A stretch of DNA of 64,000 nucleotides from an uncultured bacterium (GCA_963801165.1 CAWDDT010000006.1:32001-96000); one strand, 5' to 3'; positions 21,067 through 30,486 are shown, counted from the first letter of the stretch. The notes: generated by a model from the sequence alone, not told the origin. Numbers and translations: made by a program.

Positions 21067-23556
21067 ATGCGAATCCGAACCCAGAAGACCCGGTGGGCGC
21101 ATATGGCTCTCCTCTGCGCACTTGCCGCACTGGCCTCTGCTTGCACGGGCCCGGCAAACGGCGAATCCGCAACGACCGCATCACCTGCACCGGCGCTGCC
21201 GGCCGCGGCTCTGATGGACCAGGTGTTCGGCGGAACCCAGGCCGTGCAGGACTTCGCCATCCACATCGACATGGCCAAGCAGACCGACGACGTGCCGGTG
21301 AGTTTCTATCACGAGGTCCTGGACAGGGCAGCCGTCGGCCAGGGCGATCCGGTCGATCTCGCCGGGGGCTTCACTTTCACTCCTACCACCTCCATCGAAG
21401 GGCAGGAAGTGGACGGCGACGGTGACGTCCTGCCCAGCCTCTCGGTGGACTTCGGGCTGCTGGGAGCGTCACCCGAGGTGCTTGCTGCCGCCAAGAACGA
21501 TCTGGTCGACGCGTTTCGAAACCGCGGCAACGACGAGGTCGCGGATCTCTTAGCTGAAGCGGAGCCGGCGGACGTTCAGATGCTCGTGGAGATCGTCACC
21601 GCGGACCTGGCAGAGCGACGCACCCATGTCGGCCCGGGCGACCGCTCCGCCGTCGACATCACCTTCACCTCGGTTTCGCCTGGTGACGGGATCACCTCGG
21701 TCTACCTGTTCGGCGAGACGCTGCCCGGTGATCCCACCGAGGAGTCCGGCCTCTCGGACACGGAGCTGTTCGTCTACCGATGGAACCACGGACTCATCTC
21801 GATTCTTGGCGGCGACGAGGGTCTCGACGTAGTCATGGATGAGACCGCGATCGCTGTCAAGGGCTCCACCATCCTCTCTCGGGAGACTAAGCGAGCCGTG
21901 CTGGCCGATGCCAGCCTGGAAGGCTTCCTTCGCGGAATCCGACTCGCGGAGGATTCGTTGTCATCCGGAAAAGTCTTCGTGAATGAGGATGGTTGGGCCG
22001 TGTGGGATGATGGTGCGAATCAGATGAGGGTCGGTACCCCCGCGGAACTCGTGCTCGAGGGTGCCGTGTTTGCAGCCGAGGTCTACTGCCAATGGGCTGC
22101 GGCGAAACTCAACGCCTGGAACAAGTGGCAGGGTACGCATCCCCAGGTCGAGTCGGATGCCAGCACTGCGCCTGCGGGAGATGACGAAGGCGACACGCTC
22201 GGAGAGACCACGACCACGGTGCGGCCGCCGGGCCCGGTTTCTTGTCACCCTCCCTCGCAGACAAAGTTCGAGCCGCCGTTTCTTGGTGCCCCTGCTCCCG
22301 CGGCCGTGTACGGAGACGTGCACGTCCTGACGTTCGACGGCGCGACGTACGCAAACCAGGCCGCGGGGGAGTTCGCACTATTCGACAATGGTGGCGCTAC
22401 CGTTCAGGTGCGTACCGAGCCGTACGAGGATTCCGACGTGGTATCGGTCGCCACGGCGGTAGCGGCACAGATGGATGGGCACGCGGTGTCAGTCCATGCA
22501 AGTGGGGAAACGTACGTCGACGACGAGCGCACCGAGCTCACGCGGGGAGTGCCGTTCTCCGTCGGGAGCGGCGCCGTGCTCCGGTCCCAGACAGGGTGGG
22601 TGCTCGCGTGGCCCAACGGGACCGCGGTCACGGTCAATGCCTACGACGGACATCTCTCGGTATTCGTTGCCCAGCCGGCAGGTCCATCAACCGGGATGCT
22701 CGGCGATGGCGACGGCGATCCCGACAATGACCTCGTCGCCAGGTCTGGAGCGATGCTCGATCCGAACGCGACGAGCTTCGAGACGTTCTATCCCGAATAC
22801 ATCGATACGTGGCGGATCACCGATGACGAGTCGCTCTTCCATTACGGACCGGGCCAAAGCACGAACACGTTCGCTATCGATGGGTTCCCTGCCGAGGAGT
22901 CTTCGGTCGAGGCACTGCCCCATCAGACCCGGGACGAGGCTGAGGCGGCGTGTCGGGACCTCGCCATCAGCAGAGAGGATCTGCTGCTCGACTGCATCCT
23001 GGATGTAGGTCTCACCGGTGACAGGAGCTTCGCCTATCCCGTGTTTGAAGTTGAGGCCTCGGCGCCGGAGCGCGACGTGGACCCAACCGACGGTGGTTCC
23101 AGCTCCGCTGAGGCGGGCCCGGACACATTGACCGTGGGTGACCTCACGTTCGCATTTGGTCCTAACCCGCCCATCCAGGACCCGAGTGGGTTTCAGCCGC
23201 AGTGGACGTGCTCAACAGCCGGTGGAGCCTTCTACGCCACCAGCAGATTCGTCGAATCCCCAGGACGGGAGATCAAGGTCACGATCGAATACCGTGATGC
23301 TGAGGCCAGTGGAACCGGTGAGCAGCGGTTTGCGATGGTGGTCGAGCTGAACGCTGAGCCGTACGCCTGGATGGTGACCTTCGTCGAACCGGCTCCGGGA
23401 TCCATCGATGAGCTCTCCGTGGACGGTTCGACGCTGACCGCCAGTGGTACGGCCTACCTCAACGATCCGATCGACCCGAACCTGTCTCCGTTCGCCCTGC
23501 TGCCGGAGCGAAGCACCTTCCAGCCATTCCGGCTCAGCGCCACGTGCGATGAGTGA
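21067..23556 (+). CDS. Large lipoprotein with von Willebrand factor type D (VWD) domain
   Basis: Lipobox LASAC; YGDVHVLTFDG..Y..QAAGEF, VQVRT, GMLGDGDGDPDNDL, WRI..ESLF, AC...DCILDV..TGD. Confidence 0.78.
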   Translation: MRIRTQKTRWAHMALLCALAALASACTGPANGESATTASPAPALPAAALMDQVFGGTQAVQDFAIHIDMAKQTDDVPVSFYHEVLDRAAVGQGDPVDLAGGFTFTPTTSIEGQEVDGDGDVLPSLSVDFGLLGASPEVLAAAKNDLVDAFRNRGNDEVADLLAEAEPADVQMLVEIVTADLAERRTHVGPGDRSAVDITFTSVSPGDGITSVYLFGETLPGDPTEESGLSDTELFVYRWNHGLISILGGDEGLDVVMDETAIAVKGSTILSRETKRAVLADASLEGFLRGIRLAEDSLSSGKVFVNEDGWAVWDDGANQMRVGTPAELVLEGAVFAAEVYCQWAAAKLNAWNKWQGTHPQVESDASTAPAGDDEGDTLGETTTTVRPPGPVSCHPPSQTKFEPPFLGAPAPAAVYGDVHVLTFDGATYANQAAGEFALFDNGGATVQVRTEPYEDSDVVSVATAVAAQMDGHAVSVHASGETYVDDERTELTRGVPFSVGSGAVLRSQTGWVLAWPNGTAVTVNAYDGHLSVFVAQPAGPSTGMLGDGDGDPDNDLVARSGAMLDPNATSFETFYPEYIDTWRITDDESLFHYGPGQSTNTFAIDGFPAEESSVEALPHQTRDEAEAACRDLAISREDLLLDCILDVGLTGDRSFAYPVFEVEASAPERDVDPTDGGSSSAEAGPDTLTVGDLTFAFGPNPPIQDPSGFQPQWTCSTAGGAFYATSRFVESPGREIKVTIEYRDAEASGTGEQRFAMVVELNAEPYAWMVTFVEPAPGSIDELSVDGSTLTASGTAYLNDPIDPNLSPFALLPERSTFQPFRLSATCDE

Positions 23557-23568
23557 CCAGATCCCGGT

Positions 23569-23900
23569 TCACGGGAGCGAGATTTCGTCGTAGGGATCCC
23601 ATTGCGTCAGTTGGTAGATGAATTGGTCGTCATGCCGGTGCTCCTGATGCCCAGCTGGGGTTCGGGAGCGCGGTCGGCGATGCGCGCAGCGTATTCGGTT
23701 TTCAGTTTGATCGATCAGTTCGGGCATGGCCGACTCGAGTGCCTCGCTGTATGCCGGGGCGATGTCCTTGGCGAGGTCCCGCCCCTTGCGGGTTTCCGGC
23801 GGGCCGAATCTGTAATGGAGGATGGTTCCGGAGGTGTCCCGGTCGAACTTGATCGTGTGGAGGAAACGTACCGGACCGACTGACGTATCGGCGATCGTGC
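23569..23900 (-). pseudogene. Fragment paralogous to the C-terminus of the DUF2652/SRPBCC gene at 35439
   Basis: TDCTIADTSVGPVRFLHTIKFD..SGTILHYRFGPPE aligns by eye with TDRTIIETPHGPLRLLHTIEFE..SGTLIHYRFAPPE. Confidence 0.7.
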
Positions 23901-24011
23901 AGTCCGTGGCGTTTGGATGCTTCTCCGTCTCGAGCTCCATCCGTTCTCAGGGTCGGACAGTCACCCAGGCGCTCGCCAGGACCGGCTATCGCCAGTTGGT
24001 ACTCTCCGACT

Positions 24012-25631
24012 ATGGCCGAGTCCGCAGACGCGTTGATAGAGGAAGGGCGGATCGCCGCGGAGGACCACGCGTGGCAGCGGGTCTTCGACGCGTATACCGC
24101 CGCCGGCGGTGCCGGTGTACTCAACGAAGGCGATCTGGAGTCCTATTGGACGGCGGCCTATCTCATCGGCGACGTCGCCGCCGCAGTCGATGCTCTCTCC
24201 CGCCGCTACCAGTCCGCCCTCGGGGCCGGCGAGCAGAGTGCCGCGGCCATCGTCGGCGGGTGGGCGGTGTTCATGCTCATCATGCATGGGGCAGTTGCCC
24301 AGGCCGGAGGCTGGCTTTCGAGGCTGGGACCCATTGTCGCCGACCTGCCAGAGGCCGATGTGGCCCGCGGGTACATGCGCTGTCTCGAGGCATTCCGCAG
24401 CACCGCGATGGAACGCGACTACGCGGCGGGCCACGAGGCGGCGAGCGAGGTGATCGCCGCGGCCCGCCATCACGGGGATCACGACCTTCTCGCTCTCGGG
24501 CTCAACATCGACGCCCGGGCTCTGGTGCGAGCCGGCCACATCGACGAGGGAATGCGCCGTTTTGATGAGGCCATGGTGGAGTTGGTCTCCGGTGCCCTGT
24601 CGCCGATTGTTACCGGCACCGTCTACTGCTCGATGATCGAAGCGTGCGAGGAGATCGCCGAGATTCAGCGCGCCAGGGAGTGGACCGAGACGCTCACCAC
24701 GTGGTGTGAGAGACAGCACGGGATGGTGACGTTCAACGGACAGTGCCTCACCCATCGCGCCACCATCTTGCGCCAGCAGGGGCGGTGGGACGAGGCGGCG
24801 ATTGAGGCAGAGCAGGCTCGGGAGAAGTTCGTAGGGGCAGCCGACCAGCCGGCGACGGGCCGCGCCTGGTACGAGCGCGCCGAGATCCACCGGCTGCGCG
24901 GCGAGTGGCCTGAGGCCGAAGCTGCGTATCGGGAGGCCGCGCAATGGGGCCACGACCCCCAGCCGGGCCTCGCCTTGCTCAGGATCGCCGGGGGAGACGT
25001 CCCCACAGCTGCGGCCGCGATGCGGCGACGTCTTGCCGAGGCGCCGGATCTCGTCGACCGTGTCCGTCTCCTCCCGGCCCATGTCGACGTCATGCTCGCC
25101 GCCGGGGCACCGTCCGAGGCGGCCGCCGCCGCGGCGGAGCTGTCGCGGCTCGCATCCACCTACGGCACCGTCGCCCTACAGGCTCGTGCCGATTTTGCCT
25201 CGGCTGTGGTCCGCCTTGCCGGCGACGACCCGGAGCCTGCCCTTGTCGAGCTACGCCAGGCCGCGGCGGCGTGGAGGTCGCTGCAATCGCCATACGAGGA
25301 GGCACGCACCCGGATGCGGATCGCAGAGGCGTGTCGCTCCCTCGGAGATGAGGAGGCCGCGGTTCTCGAAGAGACGACTGCCGTCGACACCTTCGCCCGC
25401 CTGGGTGCGGCAAAGCCTGCTGTGGAGCCGGAAGTGTCGCATCCGCTGTCGCCTCGCGAGTTGGAGGTGCTCGCCCTCGTGGCTACGGGGATGACGAACC
25501 AGCAGATCGCCGATGAGCTGTTTCTCGCCGTCAAGACGATCGAGCGCCACGTGGGCAACATCCTCATGAAACTGGACGTGCCTTCCCGTACGGGCGCCAC
25601 CGCCTACGCCTACGAGCACCACCTTGTCTGA
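24012..25631 (+). CDS. LuxR-family transcriptional regulator (TPR-like N-terminus)
   Basis: VYCSMIEAC, C-terminal LSPRELEVLALVATGMTNQQIADELFLAVKTIERHVGNI HTH. Confidence 0.92.
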   Translation: MAESADALIEEGRIAAEDHAWQRVFDAYTAAGGAGVLNEGDLESYWTAAYLIGDVAAAVDALSRRYQSALGAGEQSAAAIVGGWAVFMLIMHGAVAQAGGWLSRLGPIVADLPEADVARGYMRCLEAFRSTAMERDYAAGHEAASEVIAAARHHGDHDLLALGLNIDARALVRAGHIDEGMRRFDEAMVELVSGALSPIVTGTVYCSMIEACEEIAEIQRAREWTETLTTWCERQHGMVTFNGQCLTHRATILRQQGRWDEAAIEAEQAREKFVGAADQPATGRAWYERAEIHRLRGEWPEAEAAYREAAQWGHDPQPGLALLRIAGGDVPTAAAAMRRRLAEAPDLVDRVRLLPAHVDVMLAAGAPSEAAAAAAELSRLASTYGTVALQARADFASAVVRLAGDDPEPALVELRQAAAAWRSLQSPYEEARTRMRIAEACRSLGDEEAAVLEETTAVDTFARLGAAKPAVEPEVSHPLSPRELEVLALVATGMTNQQIADELFLAVKTIERHVGNILMKLDVPSRTGATAYAYEHHLV

Positions 25632-25655
25632 CCGATGAGGGGAAACCCTCATCGG
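25632..25655. promoter_or_regulatory. Perfect 10-bp inverted repeat CCGATGAGGG-GAAA-CCCTCATCGG (operator or RNA hairpin)
   Basis: Read directly; lies immediately after the LuxR stop and ~90 bp upstream of the monooxygenase; no U-tract. Confidence 0.55.
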
Positions 25656-25744
25656 CGATTGCGACAGAACGCGGGACCTCCCCGAAGTCGCAGCAGAGTC
25701 CTCGTCGTACGTTGACGCTGAGCAGTCCAAATGAGGAGGATCTG

Positions 25745-26857
25745 ATGATCGAGCCAGAGCGGATCAACACCGTCGTTATCGGAGGGGGACAGAGCGGATT
25801 GTCAGTCGGGTATCACCTCGCCCGGCGTCGGATCCCGTTCGTCATCCTGGACGCAAAGGAGCGAATCGGAGATGCCTGGCGCAACCGTTGGGACTCGCTG
25901 CGTCTCTTCACCCCCGCCCACGAGGACGGGCTGGACGGCATGGAGTTTCCGGCGCCGGGGGAGTACGCCCCGACGAAAGACGAGATGGCCGACTATCTAG
26001 AGAGTTATGCCGAGCACTTCGAGCTGCCGGTGCGCCTCCGTACGCGAGTCGATCGGCTCTCCGCCAACGGTGACACCTATATGGTGGCGAGCGGCGCTCA
26101 CGTGATCGAGGCCGCCAACGTCGTGGTGGCGATGTCGGGTTGGCAGCGTGGGCGGGTGCTGGACCTCGCGGCCGATCTCGATCCGAACATCTACCAGATC
26201 CGATCGGAGGAGTACCGGCGCCCATCGCAGCTGCCGGTCGGCGACGTGCTCGTGGTGGGGGCCGCGAACTCGGGGGCGGAAGTTGCCCTCGACCTGGCCG
26301 CGGACCGCCATGTGTGGTTGGCCGGCCGCCACCCAGGGCATATTCCGTTCGACATCGACGGCTGGTTCGGGCGCAAGATCGGGGTTCGGCTTGTCGGCTT
26401 CTTGTTCCACCGGGTCTTCACCAAGGCCAATCCGCTCGGGCGCAAGTTCATCGCCAAGGTATACGGCAAGGGCATGCCGCTGGTGCGCACCAAGCCGAAG
26501 GATCTCGTTGCAGCCGGTGTCGAGATGGTCGGCCGCATCGATGAGGTGCGGGACGGGATGCCAGTAGCTACCGACGGCGAGGTTATCTCCCCGGATGTGA
26601 TCGTATGGGCGTGCGGCTACGAGCCGGGGTTCGACTGGATCGACATCGGCGTGCTCGACGACGGCGGTTACCCACGTCACCGCTCGGGCATCGTCGACGA
26701 GCAGCCGGGGCTCTACTTCGTCGGACTACCGTTCCTGTACTCTGTCTCCTCGCACACTGTCGATGGGGTCGGGCGAGATGCCGACAGGGTCGCAGATGAC
26801 ATCGCCGCCCGAAACGACGCCCGCCAACTGGTGAGCGGTGTGGCTAGCCGCTCGTAG
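25745..26857 (+). CDS. Flavin-containing monooxygenase-like oxidoreductase
   Basis: GGGQSG, WRNRWDSLRLFTP, VVGAANSG, PGLYFVG; GAGGAGG SD. Confidence 0.9.
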   Translation: MIEPERINTVVIGGGQSGLSVGYHLARRRIPFVILDAKERIGDAWRNRWDSLRLFTPAHEDGLDGMEFPAPGEYAPTKDEMADYLESYAEHFELPVRLRTRVDRLSANGDTYMVASGAHVIEAANVVVAMSGWQRGRVLDLAADLDPNIYQIRSEEYRRPSQLPVGDVLVVGAANSGAEVALDLAADRHVWLAGRHPGHIPFDIDGWFGRKIGVRLVGFLFHRVFTKANPLGRKFIAKVYGKGMPLVRTKPKDLVAAGVEMVGRIDEVRDGMPVATDGEVISPDVIVWACGYEPGFDWIDIGVLDDGGYPRHRSGIVDEQPGLYFVGLPFLYSVSSHTVDGVGRDADRVADDIAARNDARQLVSGVASRS

Positions 26858-27301
26858 CTGTCTCGACGGCGGCATCGGACGGCTGCCGCGACACATGGTG
26901 ATGCTTGGTACAACGCCACTTCATGTCCGGCAGCGCAGCGAGGGACTCCGCGGGTCAATGTCCATAGGTCTCTGGGATCTAGCGGCACCACGGACGACAC
27001 TGTGAAGGGCGGCACAATCTCGAAGACGACCGCGGACCCGTCCGCATCCTCGGTCCCGACAGCCACAGACCGCACAACCACAGACGGGTTGCTCTGGGAG
27101 GCACAGGCGTGGGTTCGGGCGTCGAAGAACCTGCCGTCGGAATGTCCGGCTGCGGCGTCTTGCCCGGTCACGATCGAATCGCATATCATTGACCATCCGG
27201 GCGGGACCCGCCGGGTGCCCCAGGGCGCCGATTGTGGCCAATGTCGCTGGCCTTCGCCGAATTTGCGCCGCTGGGGGTTTTTGAGCGGAAGGCGGCCAGT
27301 G

Positions 27302-27532
27302 ATGAGTTCAGTATCAGGTTTCTATTCGAAAATCCGAGGACGGCTGACTGATAGGAGGTCACGTCGAAACCGGGAGGATCTGATCACTCGGATCGGTGAG
27401 CTGACCTACGTGCAGCGCAGCGATCCCTCCACCGGCTACGACGCGGAGATCGAGGGGCTTGTTGAAGAGGTTCGGCACCTGGAGCGCGTGCAAGAACTCC
27501 GCCACCGCAAAGAGATTGCCGAGGGTGATTAG
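27302..27532 (+). CDS. Small hypothetical protein (coiled-coil-like)
   Basis: 76 aa, amphipathic-helical composition (RIGELTY...EIEGLVEEV); no family recognised. Confidence 0.45.
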   Translation: MSSVSGFYSKIRGRLTDRRSRRNREDLITRIGELTYVQRSDPSTGYDAEIEGLVEEVRHLERVQELRHRKEIAEGD

Positions 27533-28004
27533 CACTAGTAGTCGATTTCATCGAAATCGATGGAAGCGGTTGGGGGCCGGCTAGGGGAAGCTGGGCATCC
27601 ACGCGCTCGTGCCTCGATGGTGACATCTCGCCGATGATCTCATTGCTCGGGCCATTCTCGAGCACGAACACATAGTCAGCCTCGGGGTCATGCCAGCCCG
27701 ACGACTACACACCCACATCAACGACCACCGTCAACGTTGAAAAGGCGATGGTTGTGCTGCCAGTGTTGTGAGCGGCCGCTATCACCACGGCAACGGCATG
27801 CTGAATGGCCGATGACAAGGCCCCCAAAAACAGTCCGGTTCCGACGAACTCGGGCTCGGCTATGACTGTTGGCGTGGGCTCTGTCGTGGGGATTCGCTGA
27901 GTGGAGCGACGGGACGGCTTTTCCGTCCAGATCGGCGTCTTCGACGGCCACGTTCGTATCCTCTCGTGATGCGCGTTCGCCGCGGCGCGACCGCGGCGAA
28001 CTCC

Positions 28005-28145
28005 TCAGGAGTCAGTTTCGGGAGGAGGCATTTCTTCTTGCGGTGGTGTTTCGCGGTTGCCACGCCGAGATATCCGCGCAACGAACGCGGCGATTGCGGT
28101 CCCGACTGCTGCCAGACCCAGCCACTTCTTCTTAGAATCGCCCAT
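28005..28145 (-). CDS. 46-aa single-TM small protein
   Basis: AAGGAGGAG SD; MGDSKKKW-hydrophobic segment-RRG-acidic/Pro tail. Confidence 0.6.
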   Translation of the reverse strand: MGDSKKKWLGLAAVGTAIAAFVARISRRGNRETPPQEEMPPPETDS

Positions 28146-28179
28146 GCTCTCCTCCTTGACTATTGACCTGCTTATCATG

Positions 28180-28197
28180 TTACTTGACATCTAACTA
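28180..28197. promoter_or_regulatory. Candidate MarR (UrtR-type) operator overlapping TTGACA
   Basis: TTACTTGACATCTAACTA, an imperfect 18-bp palindrome in an AT-rich divergent spacer; resembles PecS/TamR-type sites as I recall them. Confidence 0.4.
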
Positions 28198-28237
28198 TAC
28201 TTCAGACTTGATTCCCTACACCCGAACGGAGCTAGAC

Positions 28238-28834
28238 GTGACCGATCGTGTCGACAGCATCATCGAGGAGTGGCAGCAGCGACGACCGGACCTCGACACC
28301 TCCGCTCTCGCGGTCGTCTCTCGTGTGCTCCGAGCGTCCCATCATCTCCAGGCGACGCTGGACGACATCGCAGCTGCCTACGGCCTGAGTCATCAGGGCG
28401 ATCTCGACGTTCTCACCGAGATCTATCGGGCGAACCCGGAGCACGGGCTCACGCCGAGCAGGCTCGCGGACGCTCTGCTATTGACAGCCGGAGGCATGAC
28501 GGTTCGCCTTCATCGCCTCCAGGACGCCGGACTGGTCAGCCGTACCCCCAACCCGCACGACGGCCGGGGCGTTCTTGTCCGCCTAACGCCGAAAGGGATC
28601 GACCTGGCCGAGCACGCACTCTTGACACATCTCGACGCCCAGGCCAACAGCATCCGAAGCCTATCGGCGGTCGATCGCGGCGAACTTGCCAGCCTTCTCC
28701 GAACCCTGCTCGAGGGTCTCGGCGACGTACCCGCATTCCGGCCACCAATATCGGTCGAGAGAAACCACGTAGGACCATCTCGCGCCAGGATCGGTGATCG
28801 GTCGAAGGATCGAAGTCACCAACACCGCGCGTGA
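28238..28834 (+). CDS. MarR-family regulator (UrtR/TamR/PecS-like)
   Basis: DRVDSIIEEW..RPDLD N-terminal helix, DVL, LTPSRLA, GGMT.RL.RL..AGLVSR..DGR. Confidence 0.88.
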   Translation: MTDRVDSIIEEWQQRRPDLDTSALAVVSRVLRASHHLQATLDDIAAAYGLSHQGDLDVLTEIYRANPEHGLTPSRLADALLLTAGGMTVRLHRLQDAGLVSRTPNPHDGRGVLVRLTPKGIDLAEHALLTHLDAQANSIRSLSAVDRGELASLLRTLLEGLGDVPAFRPPISVERNHVGPSRARIGDRSKDRSHQHRA

Positions 28835-28983
28835 ATCCGTCGCCGCGTCGTTGTATGCCGTCGCCGCTGGAATCGAAGGTGGCCGCTTCGTTGGGGCGGA
28901 CGGGCACATGCCCGACGACCTGACGCCGAACCTCGTTGCCCCGGACGGACCACATGGCCAGGGCGCCGGCAATGCCGCATCAC

Positions 28984-29601
28984 TCACTCGGGCTCGAGCA
29001 AAGCACCGGTCAGTGCCACAACGAGCCATTGACGGTAGCGTTCTGGAGACCAGACGCCCTCGCTGACGAGCTTCTGGTAGACGCGCGGGTGGGCGAGGGA
29101 CCAGATGGCCGCAGCGGCCTCCTCCTCGCCGAGTCGGCAACGCCGCGGGCTCTTCTCGACCATGAGCCGGGCCGGCATCCGGTAGTTGGCCATGCGTCTG
29201 TCTTCACGTTCCCGTTCGAAGGCGGCGACTTCAGAGTCGACCGCGGCAGCCTCCCGGATCATGCGAAACACGGGTCCCGATCGGGCGTGCACCTCCACGA
29301 ACCAGTCGGCCAGGACATCGATGATGTCCGTAGCGTCCGCGAGTTGCTCGGTTCTTCTGCTCATGAACTCCGGCACCGGTCGTGGAGCCTCGGAGCCTGA
29401 GACGGTTTCATCGAGCACGAGATTGAGGACTGCGGCCTTTGATCCCACGACGTTGTAGATGGTCTGAATCGCAACGCCGGCTTCGGCGGCGAGGTCGGCG
29501 ATGGTCGTGGCTCGATATCCGCGCTGAAGGAAGAGCGCGGTTGCTGCTTCTGCGATCCGGCGTGCGGTCGCTCGTTGCATTTGGTCTTGACGGATGGTCA
29601 T
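28984..29601 (-). CDS. TetR/AcrR-family regulator
   Basis: AATALFLQRGYRATTIADLAAEAGVAIQTIYNVVGSK HTH. Confidence 0.92.
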   Translation of the reverse strand: MTIRQDQMQRATARRIAEAATALFLQRGYRATTIADLAAEAGVAIQTIYNVVGSKAAVLNLVLDETVSGSEAPRPVPEFMSRRTEQLADATDIIDVLADWFVEVHARSGPVFRMIREAAAVDSEVAAFEREREDRRMANYRMPARLMVEKSPRRCRLGEEEAAAAIWSLAHPRVYQKLVSEGVWSPERYRQWLVVALTGALLEPE

Positions 29602-29622
29602 TTGGAATGCCATACTAAACAA

Positions 29623-30129
29623 ATGGAATCATATTCTAATCATGAATCGCTCGGGTCGCCTATCCACCGTCGGCTCGGCGAGGGCGAGGCCGTCTGGGCG
29701 ATGGGTTCACTCTTCGAGATCAAGCTCGACACGGCAGAGACCGCTGGGGGTTTCGAGCTCGCCGAGATCCATCAGCCGCCCGGGGTTGCCACCCCTTTGC
29801 ATAGCCACCGGCGGGAGGCCGAGGTGTTCTACGTGATAGACGGGAGACTCGACTATGAGGCAGGTGGCGAGATTTATCAGCTGGAGGCGGGCTCGACCAT
29901 GTACCTGCCGATGGGGGTACCTCACCGCTTCCGGATCAGGGGCACCACACCGGCGACGATTCTTGCAATGGTCAGTCCGGGAGGCCTATTCGACCTATAC
30001 CGCCAGGTGGGAGTTCCCGCCGGTGATCGATCTATCCCCGAGTACCCGGATCCCGCTGAGCTTGGCCGGTGGGGCAATGTAGCGCCCCGGTTTGGGCTGG
30101 AGGTGCTTGGTCCACCACTTCCCGAGTGA
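29623..30129 (+). CDS. Cupin domain protein (quercetin dioxygenase-like)
   Basis: PLHSHRREAEVFYVIDG, LPMGVPHRF, C-terminal FGLEVLGPPL. Confidence 0.85.
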   Translation: MESYSNHESLGSPIHRRLGEGEAVWAMGSLFEIKLDTAETAGGFELAEIHQPPGVATPLHSHRREAEVFYVIDGRLDYEAGGEIYQLEAGSTMYLPMGVPHRFRIRGTTPATILAMVSPGGLFDLYRQVGVPAGDRSIPEYPDPAELGRWGNVAPRFGLEVLGPPLPE

Positions 30130-30151
30130 CCCGTCGTGGAGAAATCACGTC

Positions 30152-30208
30152 AGGCTTGACCATAGGCTTGACGGCAGGCTTGACGGCAGGCTTGACCGTA
30201 GGCTTGTC
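30152..30208. repeat. Five copies of AGGCTTGAC at 12-bp period
   Basis: Starts at 30152, 30164, 30176, 30188 and 30200 (last copy AGGCTTGTC); variable 3-nt spacers. Confidence 0.9.
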
Positions 30209-30342
30209 AGTTCAACGGACGGCCCTGTAACCATAGGAGATCGAACGATGTCCGCCTTCACCAGAACCAATCAGCAGCTGGTGAGCCCGGCCTAGACGGC
30301 GTTCGAGAAGATGTGGCCGAGCAGGCTGGAATGCTGCGTTGG

Positions 30343-30486
30343 TCAGCGTCCGAAGGCGCGGTCCACCGAGTGGTTCGCCGCGCTCTCGGCAGCGGACCGC
30401 TTTGCCTTCTTGTCGAGGCGTTTCTCCTTGAGGCCTTTGGCGGCCACCTTCTTGGTATTTCGGCTGCCCTTGTCCTTGGTACCCAT
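30343..30486 (-). CDS. 47-aa Lys-rich microprotein (paralog of 48398-48520)
   Basis: GGGAGG SD; MGTKDKGSRNTKKVAAKGLKEKRLDKKAKRSAAESAANHSVDRAFGR; not in the ORF track. Confidence 0.75.
   Translation of the reverse strand: MGTKDKGSRNTKKVAAKGLKEKRLDKKAKRSAAESAANHSVDRAFGR

Noticed and set aside
30152-30208. Plasmid iterons or replication origin
   Set aside because: No rep gene or AT-rich unwinding region nearby
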